Shown piece by piece: positions 7,631-16,776 of a stretch of 64,000 nt of DNA. Source of the DNA: Candidatus Latescibacterota bacterium (GTDB taxonomy: Bacteria; Latescibacterota; UBA2968; UBA8231); contig CBDCDC010000002.1 in the NCBI GenBank assembly GCA_965215195.1, positions 1,728,001 to 1,792,000 of the forward strand, given 5' to 3'. Under the pieces are notes generated by a model. The model did no database searches. It was not told where the DNA came from and worked only from the letters and a program-made list of their open reading frames with translations. The translations under genes and the position numbers were made by a program. How positions within the stretch are numbered: position 1 is the first letter of the stretch; each line of letters opens with the position of its first letter.

Positions 7631-10339
7631 TCACGGACTCACCGCCATTTTGACCACGGCTTCTCCGCGCCGCCCGTCGTCGCCGTGCGCGATTAAGCGG
7701 CATAGGTACAGGCCGCTCGCATAGCCTTCCACCGACCAAGTGATTTCGCGCTCGCCGGCTTCGAGGCCGTTGCTGCGGTGCTGCCAAACGCGCCCGCCCA
7801 ACGCATCGAACACCTCCAATTCAATGCGCCCGGCCGCACTCAGGGCAAAGCGCAAATGCGCCTCCTCACCCGGGCCGACTGGATTGGGATAGCAATAGAC
7901 CCGGCCTAGCAAGGCCGCCTCTGGCTCTACAACGGGCCGGCCAGCCACCAGCGCGGTCCGCGACCCAGCCGCATCGGCACCGGCCTGCGGCCAATGGGCC
8001 GGCCCCCCAGCGTACTGCGCCGCCACCCTCAGCAGATCCCACGCATACGCGGCCGTGCCATCCAAGGCCGCCAACGCCAAGCGGCCATCGCCATCTAAGT
8101 CCACTACCACCGGCGACGCCGTCGGGGGAGCGGCCATCAGCAGGGGGAAGCCCGGCAAGAGCCGCCCATCATCATCCACGCCGAAAATTCCGCTGTGGCC
8201 GGCGACGAATATCTCCTGCTTGCCGTCGGCATCCACGTCGCAAAGCACCGGCTCAAAGACGAGCTCGCCGACCTCGGCAAAGCGCGGCAAGGCCGCGGGA
8301 AAGTCGGCGTGGCGCAATCCATCGGCTCGCAGGGCGTGTATCGCGCCACCGCGCGCCAGCAAAACCACCTCCAACAGGCCATCGCCGTCCAAATCGCCCA
8401 AGACCGGCGGCGCGGCCAGCGAATCGCCTAAATCGACGACATGCGCTCCGATCTCGACCTGTCCTCCAGCAGAAGCGACGACCTGCTCAACTTGGCCATC
8501 GCCGTCTAAATCGCCCGCCGCTGGGGGCACAGCCGCCGGCGCGATCTGGGGCCTTTGTTCCTTTAGCTCGCCACTTATGGCATCTACCACGTAGAGCTGT
8601 TCCGCTCCGACGATCAGCAGTTCAGCCTCCGCGCCCGCGCTGAACAGCGCGTCCAACGGCACCGCGTCCAACGCGAGCCGCCACCGCGGTTGGTCAGCTC
8701 CGGCGTCCCATGCGCTAACCTCGGCGTCGCGCCGCACAAAAACCTCGGGCCGGCCAGCACCATCGCCGGCCGCCAGCAGCCGCGCCCCTAGTACTTGCCA
8801 CGTCGCCACGCCATCGCCGGTCGCATAGCCGACCCCCCCCCCGGCCTCAAAGAGCAATTCTTCTACTCCATCGCCATCCAAATCCGCGGCTTGCAGCCGA
8901 CCGTCGCCCGGCAAATCTTGCGGCCAGCCCGGACGGGCGCGCCCAAAGCGTATGGCCACCTGCATGGTATCGCCGGGTGCGGAAAGCACTTCGATCTCAA
9001 TGCCAGTCTCCCATTCCCGATTGCTGCGCGAGTCGGGTCGCGTCGCCGAGCCGAACAGCGTTTGTCCGCCGACAAAGAACGGATCGTCGGGCGATCCCTC
9101 GATCTGCCGCTGCCGCTCAAAGACCGGATGGCCAATGTCGCGATACCCATCGGCCTCTTCCAAGGCAATTGCCTGCCAATGGGCCTGATTGTTTGCGGCA
9201 CTGGGGTCTTCAGCCCGCATCATCACGCCTGCATCCACGTGCCATATCAGCACCCCCGATCCCGGGACAAACGCGTCGTATTCCTCCACCGCCACCCACA
9301 CGCCTTCTTCTATGGCAACCTGATCGGGGTCGAGCCACACCTTCTCTGCGTCCCCGCGCTGCCCGCGCTGCTGTCTGTTCTCCAGCAAGAAGTATTCGCA
9401 CTCGTCAATGGGTATGCGCACGGCCTTGGGCAAATCGCCGCTGCGGTCGGTCGCCAGCAGCGAGAGTACGGTGTCGCGCCGCACCACCACCGGCTCGATC
9501 CACCCTAGCTGCATCTTGCTCCACGCCATGGGATGCGGCGGCGCAAAGCCAACCACCCACGCGAGGCTGTCGGTCCGCACATAGCCCGAAACGTTGGCCC
9601 CCACGTCCATCAGGCTCCAGCTACCTAGGGCCGGCAAACCATCGGCGAAATTGGACAACCCAGGTAGGCCCAACTGGTGGCCGAAAAACTTGGCCAGCAA
9701 GCCATTGAGGCCGGCCCGGCCATTGAGGCTGGGCGACTCCGGCAGGATCCACGCCTGATCGATCGCCGCGCCATCCACGGTCAGCGGGCCGCCGTTAAAG
9801 CGCACAAAATCGCTCTCGGATAAGAAGACCGAGCGAATGTCGTTCAGCGCGCCGGTCTCGTAGCCAACTCCGGCGTGGAACACGAGAAAGCTGTTGAATT
9901 CGTCCAAGCGCGGGCCGTCGGGATCGGCCAGCGCAGCGTGCAAGGCATGGCCGACTAGCTCAATCCACTTCACGCCGATTTCTTCGGTCGTGCGTCCGTT
10001 GCCGTAGTGGAGCATGGGTTGGGGAAGTGTGTACGCCTGCTGCGCGACGCGGGGAAATACCTCGGAGGAAATTTCTACCCGCCCCTCAGAAACGACCTCG
10101 TAATAGCGCGCCAGTGCGGTCAAATGCCGCTCGAAATAAGCGCGGTCGTGCGGCGGCAGGTCGTAGGGAAGCGCGTAATCCTCGGCCGAGCGCATATCAA
10201 ACGCGCCAACGCCAGTCGTCGTCGGCTCATCGGGATTTTCGCGCGGAAAATCCACGCGCAAGGCCAAAATTCGCCAGTCGTCGTCGGCCGCAGTGGCCGC
10301 TGACAACAGCAGTGAGAAGCAGAAACCTAAGAGGAGCAA
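7631..10339 (-). CDS. M6 (InhA-like) peptidase homolog with degenerate zinc site + FG-GAP repeats + T9SS CTD-like domain
   Basis: FHAG, WSLMD, EYFLLENR, GSGVLIWHVD; GDLDGDG repeats; YCYPNP..SGLY; KFFGH in place of HEFGH. Confidence 0.8.
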   Translation of the reverse strand: MLLLGFCFSLLLSAATAADDDWRILALRVDFPRENPDEPTTTGVGAFDMRSAEDYALPYDLPPHDRAYFERHLTALARYYEVVSEGRVEISSEVFPRVAQQAYTLPQPMLHYGNGRTTEEIGVKWIELVGHALHAALADPDGPRLDEFNSFLVFHAGVGYETGALNDIRSVFLSESDFVRFNGGPLTVDGAAIDQAWILPESPSLNGRAGLNGLLAKFFGHQLGLPGLSNFADGLPALGSWSLMDVGANVSGYVRTDSLAWVVGFAPPHPMAWSKMQLGWIEPVVVRRDTVLSLLATDRSGDLPKAVRIPIDECEYFLLENRQQRGQRGDAEKVWLDPDQVAIEEGVWVAVEEYDAFVPGSGVLIWHVDAGVMMRAEDPSAANNQAHWQAIALEEADGYRDIGHPVFERQRQIEGSPDDPFFVGGQTLFGSATRPDSRSNREWETGIEIEVLSAPGDTMQVAIRFGRARPGWPQDLPGDGRLQAADLDGDGVEELLFEAGGGVGYATGDGVATWQVLGARLLAAGDGAGRPEVFVRRDAEVSAWDAGADQPRWRLALDAVPLDALFSAGAEAELLIVGAEQLYVVDAISGELKEQRPQIAPAAVPPAAGDLDGDGQVEQVVASAGGQVEIGAHVVDLGDSLAAPPVLGDLDGDGLLEVVLLARGGAIHALRADGLRHADFPAALPRFAEVGELVFEPVLCDVDADGKQEIFVAGHSGIFGVDDDGRLLPGFPLLMAAPPTASPVVVDLDGDGRLALAALDGTAAYAWDLLRVAAQYAGGPAHWPQAGADAAGSRTALVAGRPVVEPEAALLGRVYCYPNPVGPGEEAHLRFALSAAGRIELEVFDALGGRVWQHRSNGLEAGEREITWSVEGYASGLYLCRLIAHGDDGRRGEAVVKMAVSP

Positions 10340-10403
10340 GGGGGCTAAATCGCAGCGTTGCCGCGCAGGGCAGCAACAGAACCAGCGTCCGATTGGAAGA
10401 CTC

Positions 10404-11456
10404 TTAGAAAATGATGTTCAGGGAAATTGGCGTATTGTCTCCCACCACCTCGCCCTCGCCACCGATTATATACGCCACATCAAACTGGAAGCGATTGTAC
10501 TTTAGCCCAACGCCAAAAGTTCTGGAATGTACCTCGCCGTCGCTGTCTTGCGAAAGGCCCGCCCGCAACGCGATAAACGCCTCGCCTTCGCGTGCGGAAA
10601 GCCCGTATCGGTATTCGCCGCCCACGTGCAGATCCATCTCTTTGAACTCGTTGCTCAAGCCCTCGTCGGCCCACGCCTTGGCCAAGTTGCTGACAAAAGA
10701 CCCATCGGCGATCAAGGGCTTGTACAGGTCAAACGAGAGCATCAGATCGTTGTATTGGGTATCCATCACCTCGTAGGCCACCCCAACGACGATGTGCTGG
10801 GGCAGTGGATCGGCCTGTTCGGCGTCGATATAGGCGATCTTGGGGCCTAGGTTGCGCAGGGCCGCGCCAAAGCTGAGGCTGGAGGCGGGCTTCCACAAAA
10901 GTCCCAGATCCGCGGCAAAGCTGTTGCCCACGCCCCGGCCCCGCTCAATGCCGGCCCCGGCATCGGCTAAGTTGCTGCGAATGAACTTCAAGCCGATGCC
11001 AGCGGACGTATTGCCGCCGATAGCTGCCCCATAGGCCACAGATATCGCTACGTCATAGCTGCGGAAGGTGCCTTGTTGGTTGCCGCGCTCGTCCGTGCGG
11101 ATCTGCTCGCCTAAGTTTAGCAGCGCGGCGTTGAAGCCGAAGTTGCCCCACCCCTCCACGGGCGTGGAATAGGCCAAAAACTCGTAGGATAAGTCGTCGG
11201 CCAGCTTGGGCAGCCACGCGGTGTGCGAGAGGTGGAGCTTTTTCTTGCTCTGACCGACAAGCGCGGCTGGGTTGAAGTAGCTAGCCGTGGCGTCATCGGC
11301 CACTGCCACGTACGATTCGCCCATGGCAATGGCGCGGGAACCCGGATTGATCAACAAAAGAAGCGGCGCACTGCGGCTTTCGGGCGTGGCCCGGACCCCA
11401 GCGGGCAATGCGCCGACACAAAGGCCAGCCAGCAGCAGGGTCGTCAGTTTTCTCAT
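10404..11456 (-). CDS. porV: PorV family outer-membrane barrel
   Basis: LLINPGSRAIAMGE..ADDATASYFNPA, WLPKLADD, ADPLP motifs; next to porU. Confidence 0.85.
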   Translation of the reverse strand: MRKLTTLLLAGLCVGALPAGVRATPESRSAPLLLLINPGSRAIAMGESYVAVADDATASYFNPAALVGQSKKKLHLSHTAWLPKLADDLSYEFLAYSTPVEGWGNFGFNAALLNLGEQIRTDERGNQQGTFRSYDVAISVAYGAAIGGNTSAGIGLKFIRSNLADAGAGIERGRGVGNSFAADLGLLWKPASSLSFGAALRNLGPKIAYIDAEQADPLPQHIVVGVAYEVMDTQYNDLMLSFDLYKPLIADGSFVSNLAKAWADEGLSNEFKEMDLHVGGEYRYGLSAREGEAFIALRAGLSQDSDGEVHSRTFGVGLKYNRFQFDVAYIIGGEGEVVGDNTPISLNIIF

Positions 11457-11547
11457 AGCGGAGTCCTCCTCAGCTAAGAATAAAGATACGAAAATGATGC
11501 CTCCTAAGTACTAAGGCCATCTCACTGCTGCAAAGGCACTCCTCTCG
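11457..11547 (-). promoter_or_regulatory. Structured 5' leader that can sequester the SD (copy 2)
   Basis: 41-bp core matches 7569..7609 with one mismatch; pairs with AGGAGG. Confidence 0.6.
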
Positions 11548-11553
11548 CAATAC

Positions 11554-14500
11554 TCACTTGGCGACCTGCAAGACGGCGCGGCGCGCGACCGCAGCACCAC
11601 TTTCCCGCTCGGCCTCTATCCGATAAATATACGCACCGTTGGCCAAGGCCGGCGGCGGCGTCCAAGACACTTGGTTGTAGCCGGCGTGCGTTTGTCCGTC
11701 TAGCTGGTCCATCAGCCGACCGGCCAGCGAAAAGACCTCTATCTGCACTGCGCGCATGTCGTCTTCTAGCTCATACGTGAAATAGCCGCTATCGCGCATG
11801 GGGTTCGGGTAAAACAGGACGTTGGCAAGGCCGGCGTCGCCTTCGTCGTCATCCGCGACCTCCACCGTCGTCGTCGCACGCGACGAATTGTTGAAATTGT
11901 CCCAAGCCTTCAGGCGGATCTCGTGTTGGCCGGTTTCCAGTGTGGGCAGGGGAAATTCAATGATCCCCTGCCGGTAGTCCCCGCCCTGCACGCTGTACAG
12001 CTCCGTCAATGTGAAAAGCTCGCCGTCGATGGCCAGCTCTATTTCGTGCCCGGTCTCCCCGGTGATGTTGATGCCGCTGGGATCTGCAAGCGAGGCCAAC
12101 AGCACCGTCTGCCGCGGAACCGTGCTGCCTTTGGCTCCCTCAAAGCGCAGGGAAATTTCCGGCCCCTCCACGTCCGCTTCCACGCCGGCGGCCGTGCCCG
12201 CCAGCACCAGTCCGGCGGCCGCGCCAAAGGCCGCCGGACTGTCATCGCTCCAGGCGTAGGCGCTGATGCGGCCGTTCTTTCCGCCGTAGGTGATGTCTTT
12301 AGGCACCCGAAACGCGGCGTTGAAGCGGCCCTCAGCTACTAAAAAGCGGCCGCGAAAGATGGGAGCGCCGGTCTGCTCGTAGGTAAAACCCTCCAAGTCA
12401 CTCTCTTCACTCGAATCAAATGCCTGCAACCACACTTGGCCTTCATAGGCCGCCGCCGGCGCACCAGTCGCGTCGAGGACCTGGCCGGCGAGGGCCACTT
12501 CGCCGAGGGCGTGGAGCGAGTCGGCCACATCGATCTGCACCTGAAAGCGCGGCATGGCCAAGCGCGTGGCCGGGTCGCCGAAGAGCGAATAGCGCTGAAT
12601 GTTGCGGAATGTGGTGCGGCCACTGGGATCATACAGCGGCAGCAGCACTTGCTTGGCCTCGGTGAGGGCCAGCCCAATTGGCACGTGATCTCGTCCGGTG
12701 TGGTACATCTGCCGGTAGAACTGGCTGGCCAACCGGACATTGGTGGAGTGATATCCCACCCGGGTCGCGCAAATCATGCCGATTACGCCCCCATCTTCCT
12801 TCTGTAGGAGTGCCTCGGGTACGGAGATGCGCACGGGATCGTCGAACACTCCAACTTGACTCGCAGCCGTGAAAAACAAGGGCAGGCGACCGCCGTTTTT
12901 GAGCTTGTCCAAATCGCGGGAAAGGAGGAACATCCACTCATGGGCCAAGCGGTCGTAAGTGCCATGCCCCAAATAGGTCACAATGAGTGCGCCCTTGTTG
13001 AAAAGCCGGATGAACTCGTCTCGTGCCCGCGGCTTTTCACTCCCCTCTAGGGGAAATTGGGCAGTGTAGAGCTTGGTCAAATCCAACGCCTCGGGCAGGA
13101 CGTACCGGGCCATGTATTCGCTGTCGCGGATGAACATCGACTCGACACTGCCCGGCTTGTCGCGATTGAGCAAATCGTCCGAGACCAATGCCTGTCGGCT
13201 CTGCCAAGGTCCCACTTCGGGCGTCCGGTCGTAGGCGATGATTTTGTCGACGACCACGTCGGCTTCGGCCGCGGTCTGCACGGTCAGCCGACCAATGGCC
13301 ATGTCGGGGAACAGGTCGCCGCCCACTACGCGCGTGTACCACTCGTCATACGTGCTGTCGCCGTCTTGGAAGGGTGGGATCCAATTGCCCTGACTGAGGG
13401 CCGAATTGTTCTTGTAGTCGTACGAGCCATCGCCGAGCAAGGCCACGAATAGGGGCGCGGGATCCCAGTGCTCGGCCGCATAGGCGAGAAAATTGCGGAT
13501 CGCCGCCGGGTCCAAAAGCCCGCCGGAAAACTCGTCGTAGATGTCTTGTACGTCGATGGCTGCCGTCCGCAGGGGCGGGCCGAAGCGGTCGTCTTCAGCC
13601 CGCCATTGTGCCAAGCGCTCGGCCGCGGCGCGGAAATCGCGGTGGTAAATCACCACCCAATCGGCCCCCCAAGCTCCGGTCGTCAAACTGCCGGGCAAGT
13701 CGAGCTCGAGCCGCACTGGTCGCTTCCAAGTCGCCGGGCCGCCCACTGCGTATTGACGCGGCACATCCCCGGGCCGATCCTGAAAAATTACCGTTCCGGC
13801 TGGTGCGTCGTACGCGAAGTCTAAGACTTCGGCCAGACCCGCAGACACCTCAAAGACGCGCGGCTGCTCGGCGGCAAAACCAGCGAGGCGGAACTCGGTG
13901 GTGCCCGTCAGCGGATAGGTGAAGAGCAACTCGCCGCGCTCGGCGACAAAGCCGCGGCTGTACTCCACCTCGTACCAGTCGAAGCGGGACGGATTGCCGT
14001 TGGTGTGAAAGATCCCCAAGTGGTTTAGCCCCTCCAGCGCCCCCATCGCCGCCCACAGCGTATCGGATGTAAAGGACCTGTCGGTTGCAAAAGCCACCGT
14101 GCCGATGGTTTCTTCGTTCCAGCGCACCTCAAATCGCGGCCGCATCTCGGGCACCCCGATAAAGCCCAAGCGCACGGCCACCGGCGCGGGCGCGGCCTGC
14201 CGCACCACCACCGGGAAGTTGCGCGCATTGCCGCGAAAGTCCTCCCAGTACCAAGTGTAGCCGGATTTGATCCCTACGAGCTGGTTGAGGACGAACTGCT
14301 CGGCTTCCTCGTGGACCCGCACCCGGTAGCTCGTGGGCTGCTGCGGGTCGGACGCGGCTAGAGCACCGCTCCTTTGCTCGGCCCGCCGCCCCTCACCCCC
14401 GCCGCCAAAACCCAGCCAGTACGCGTTCTCATGCGTGTAGAGGTTGTGCCGATATTGAAACGAGCGGCTGGCCTCTGCGTATTCCCAGCGGCTGACCGGT

Positions 14501-15261
14501 TCGGCCCAAAACAAGACGAAGTCGTCCGCGTCCAAGCGACCATCGCCCCCATCTTCTACGACCAAGCCCACTTCCCGCATGGCTTGGGGCGGGTTTATCT
14601 CGTTGATGGACAAGGCCCTGCCGCCGCCGTAGTGCAGGCGCAAACTCGCCGTATCGACGTCGCCGAGCGACGCCCCGGCAGCCTCTAAGTCGGCACCCGA
14701 TATCCTGTACATCCCCGCTTCCGAGACGAAGATCCGCAGCCAAGTTCCTTCCTGTAACGCGGCCTTGCGCGCCGGCCGCCGCTTGGGTGGCAAGCACCAG
14801 TTCCTAGCTTGCTCGGGGTTGACGAGCACCCCTCGGTAGAATGCTTCGCCCCAAGGGTCGGCAACGCGGGTGCCGCCACCGCCGGTCACGTGCAGGTCAA
14901 CGACGATGCGATCGTACAGGGTCCGCGTCCCGTCTGCTTCGACGCGCGGAGCAAACGCCACCGGAACGACGCGCTGGCGGCGCACAAAACCGCTCTCCCC
15001 GAGGAAGACCGGCCCGGGCGTGGGCGCGTCGTCTTCAGCGGCGCGATCCGTTCGCGCCACATGGGCTTCGACCAGCTCCAAGCGAACCTGTCCGTCGCTT
15101 GGGACGCCGATCAAGGCACCGCGCCCCTGCTCCAATTCTCGGCCCTCGGGCAGCCAAACCAACCGCAGGCGCTGCGGCGTCTGCTCACTTACGCGCAATT
15201 CCGCCATGGCCGCGCCCGCGCAAAAAAGCGCTAGCGCCCAAAAGCAGCATGTGAATCTCAT
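11554..15261 (-). CDS. porU: PorU-like T9SS sortase (peptidase C25/gingipain fold), catalytic Cys replaced by Ser
   Basis: IYDEFSGG..DPAAIRNF, LLGDGSYDYK, IGRL, YLGHG, LFGDPA, KAWDNFNNS, YPNP CTD. Confidence 0.88.
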   Translation of the reverse strand: MRFTCCFWALALFCAGAAMAELRVSEQTPQRLRLVWLPEGRELEQGRGALIGVPSDGQVRLELVEAHVARTDRAAEDDAPTPGPVFLGESGFVRRQRVVPVAFAPRVEADGTRTLYDRIVVDLHVTGGGGTRVADPWGEAFYRGVLVNPEQARNWCLPPKRRPARKAALQEGTWLRIFVSEAGMYRISGADLEAAGASLGDVDTASLRLHYGGGRALSINEINPPQAMREVGLVVEDGGDGRLDADDFVLFWAEPVSRWEYAEASRSFQYRHNLYTHENAYWLGFGGGGEGRRAEQRSGALAASDPQQPTSYRVRVHEEAEQFVLNQLVGIKSGYTWYWEDFRGNARNFPVVVRQAAPAPVAVRLGFIGVPEMRPRFEVRWNEETIGTVAFATDRSFTSDTLWAAMGALEGLNHLGIFHTNGNPSRFDWYEVEYSRGFVAERGELLFTYPLTGTTEFRLAGFAAEQPRVFEVSAGLAEVLDFAYDAPAGTVIFQDRPGDVPRQYAVGGPATWKRPVRLELDLPGSLTTGAWGADWVVIYHRDFRAAAERLAQWRAEDDRFGPPLRTAAIDVQDIYDEFSGGLLDPAAIRNFLAYAAEHWDPAPLFVALLGDGSYDYKNNSALSQGNWIPPFQDGDSTYDEWYTRVVGGDLFPDMAIGRLTVQTAAEADVVVDKIIAYDRTPEVGPWQSRQALVSDDLLNRDKPGSVESMFIRDSEYMARYVLPEALDLTKLYTAQFPLEGSEKPRARDEFIRLFNKGALIVTYLGHGTYDRLAHEWMFLLSRDLDKLKNGGRLPLFFTAASQVGVFDDPVRISVPEALLQKEDGGVIGMICATRVGYHSTNVRLASQFYRQMYHTGRDHVPIGLALTEAKQVLLPLYDPSGRTTFRNIQRYSLFGDPATRLAMPRFQVQIDVADSLHALGEVALAGQVLDATGAPAAAYEGQVWLQAFDSSEESDLEGFTYEQTGAPIFRGRFLVAEGRFNAAFRVPKDITYGGKNGRISAYAWSDDSPAAFGAAAGLVLAGTAAGVEADVEGPEISLRFEGAKGSTVPRQTVLLASLADPSGINITGETGHEIELAIDGELFTLTELYSVQGGDYRQGIIEFPLPTLETGQHEIRLKAWDNFNNSSRATTTVEVADDDEGDAGLANVLFYPNPMRDSGYFTYELEDDMRAVQIEVFSLAGRLMDQLDGQTHAGYNQVSWTPPPALANGAYIYRIEAERESGAAVARRAVLQVAK

Positions 15262-15352
15262 AAAGTGGTATAGGTGGGATTGATCATTTGGTCGTGGCGA
15301 TTGGCACTTTTAAGGTCATTCCAAGCCCTTTTTTTGTCAAGGGTATCTCACC

Positions 15353-15381
15353 TTGACTTATCGGCTCAGTGCCTCTATGTT
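15353..15381 (+). promoter_or_regulatory. Sigma70-like promoter of rpmB
   Basis: TTGACT-17 bp-TATGTT. Confidence 0.55.
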
Positions 15382-15408
15382 TGATGGTTTCTTAACAGGG
15401 AGACACTC

Positions 15409-15636
15409 ATGGCCAGACAATGCAGCCTGACCAACGTCAAGGGCCTAGTTGGCAACAACGTCAGCCACTCGCAGCGCAAAACCAAGCGCGTCCAACAGCC
15501 CAACCTCATCAAAAAGCGCATTTTCATCCCCGAAGAAAACCGCACCGTCACCCTACGCCTGACCGCCCGCGCCCTACGCACCTTAAACAAAAAAGGCGTC
15601 CATCAGTTCCTAAAAGAAAACGGGATCAAGGTCTGA
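15409..15636 (+). CDS. rpmB: 50S ribosomal protein L28
   Basis: GNNVSHSQRKTKR..PNL. Confidence 0.97.
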   Translation: MARQCSLTNVKGLVGNNVSHSQRKTKRVQQPNLIKKRIFIPEENRTVTLRLTARALRTLNKKGVHQFLKENGIKV

Positions 15637-15660
15637 GCGGGCCAAAAGCCCTCCGCACCC

Positions 15661-16776
15661 ATGAACCAAGGCGATGACGCAACCAACGCCATCCAAGAGC
15701 GAGTTCGCCAAGCCCTAGCCGAAAACGCGGCCTTAAAAATTTTTGCCGGCCGCACCAAGTCCTTTCTCGGACGCCAACACGACGGAATCCCACTCAACCT
15801 CTCCGCTCTGACCGGCGTCGTCAGCTACGAGCCAAACGAGTTAATCCTAGTCGCTCGCCCGGGCACCAAGCTGAGCGAAATAGAAGCCCTGTGCCGCAGC
15901 GAAAACCAGTACTTCGCCTTTGAGCCGCCCGCTTGGGGTGCGGCTGCAACCATCGGCGGCACTGTGGCCTGCAACCTCTCGGGGCCGCGGCGCTTCAAGA
16001 TGGGCGCACTGCGCGATCACTTGCTCGGCGTTGAACTGATCGACGGCCGCGGCGAGCGAATTCGCACCGGCGGCAAAGTCGTCAAGAACGTCACGGGCTA
16101 CGATCTGTCCAAGGTACTGGCCGGCTCCTTCGGGACGCTGGGAGTACTCACCGAGGTCTGCCTCAAGGTCTGGCCGCGCCCTGAAACCCAAGCAACTCTC
16201 TTCATTCACGGGCTGACTCCCACCGCGGCGTTGGAGCGAATTCTCGACTGGGCGGCGCGGCCTTTCCAGATCACGGGCCTAGCTTGCGACGCCGACCGAT
16301 TAGCTGCCCGCGTCGAAGGCCCGGCACCAGCGGTGCGGGCGCAGCTAGCAATGCTGCGCGCAGGAGAGTCAGCAAAGTCGGAGGTCGTGGAAGAGTCCGA
16401 ATCGCACACCTTCTGGCGGCGCTGGCGCGAGCTCGAATGGCTGGTCCCAGCCGCGGGCCAACAGCGCTGGCGCTTTTCTGGACCGCCGACCAAGATGGTG
16501 CAGCTCATGGAAGCGCTAAAGGCCGAGGGGCTGAGCCGCTGGGGGCTGGACTGGGCCGGCGGCTTGCTGTGGGCCCTGTTGCCGGTGGCCGCCCAAGCCT
16601 CGCGCTTGCATCGCACCGCCGCACACCACCAAGCCATGGGCTGGCGCTTTGCAGCCGACGAGCACAATGAAGACGCCTTTACCCCACTCAGCACCGGCGC
16701 GGCGCGCATGAACCAGATGCTCAAGTGCGCCCTTGACCCACGAGGCATTTTTAACCGGGGCAAAATGTACGCCTAA
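15661..16776 (+). CDS. glcE: Glycolate oxidase FAD-binding subunit
   Basis: ATIGG..SGPRR, GGKVVKNVTGYDL, GSFGTLG, DPRGIFN. Confidence 0.8.
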   Translation: MNQGDDATNAIQERVRQALAENAALKIFAGRTKSFLGRQHDGIPLNLSALTGVVSYEPNELILVARPGTKLSEIEALCRSENQYFAFEPPAWGAAATIGGTVACNLSGPRRFKMGALRDHLLGVELIDGRGERIRTGGKVVKNVTGYDLSKVLAGSFGTLGVLTEVCLKVWPRPETQATLFIHGLTPTAALERILDWAARPFQITGLACDADRLAARVEGPAPAVRAQLAMLRAGESAKSEVVEESESHTFWRRWRELEWLVPAAGQQRWRFSGPPTKMVQLMEALKAEGLSRWGLDWAGGLLWALLPVAAQASRLHRTAAHHQAMGWRFAADEHNEDAFTPLSTGAARMNQMLKCALDPRGIFNRGKMYA

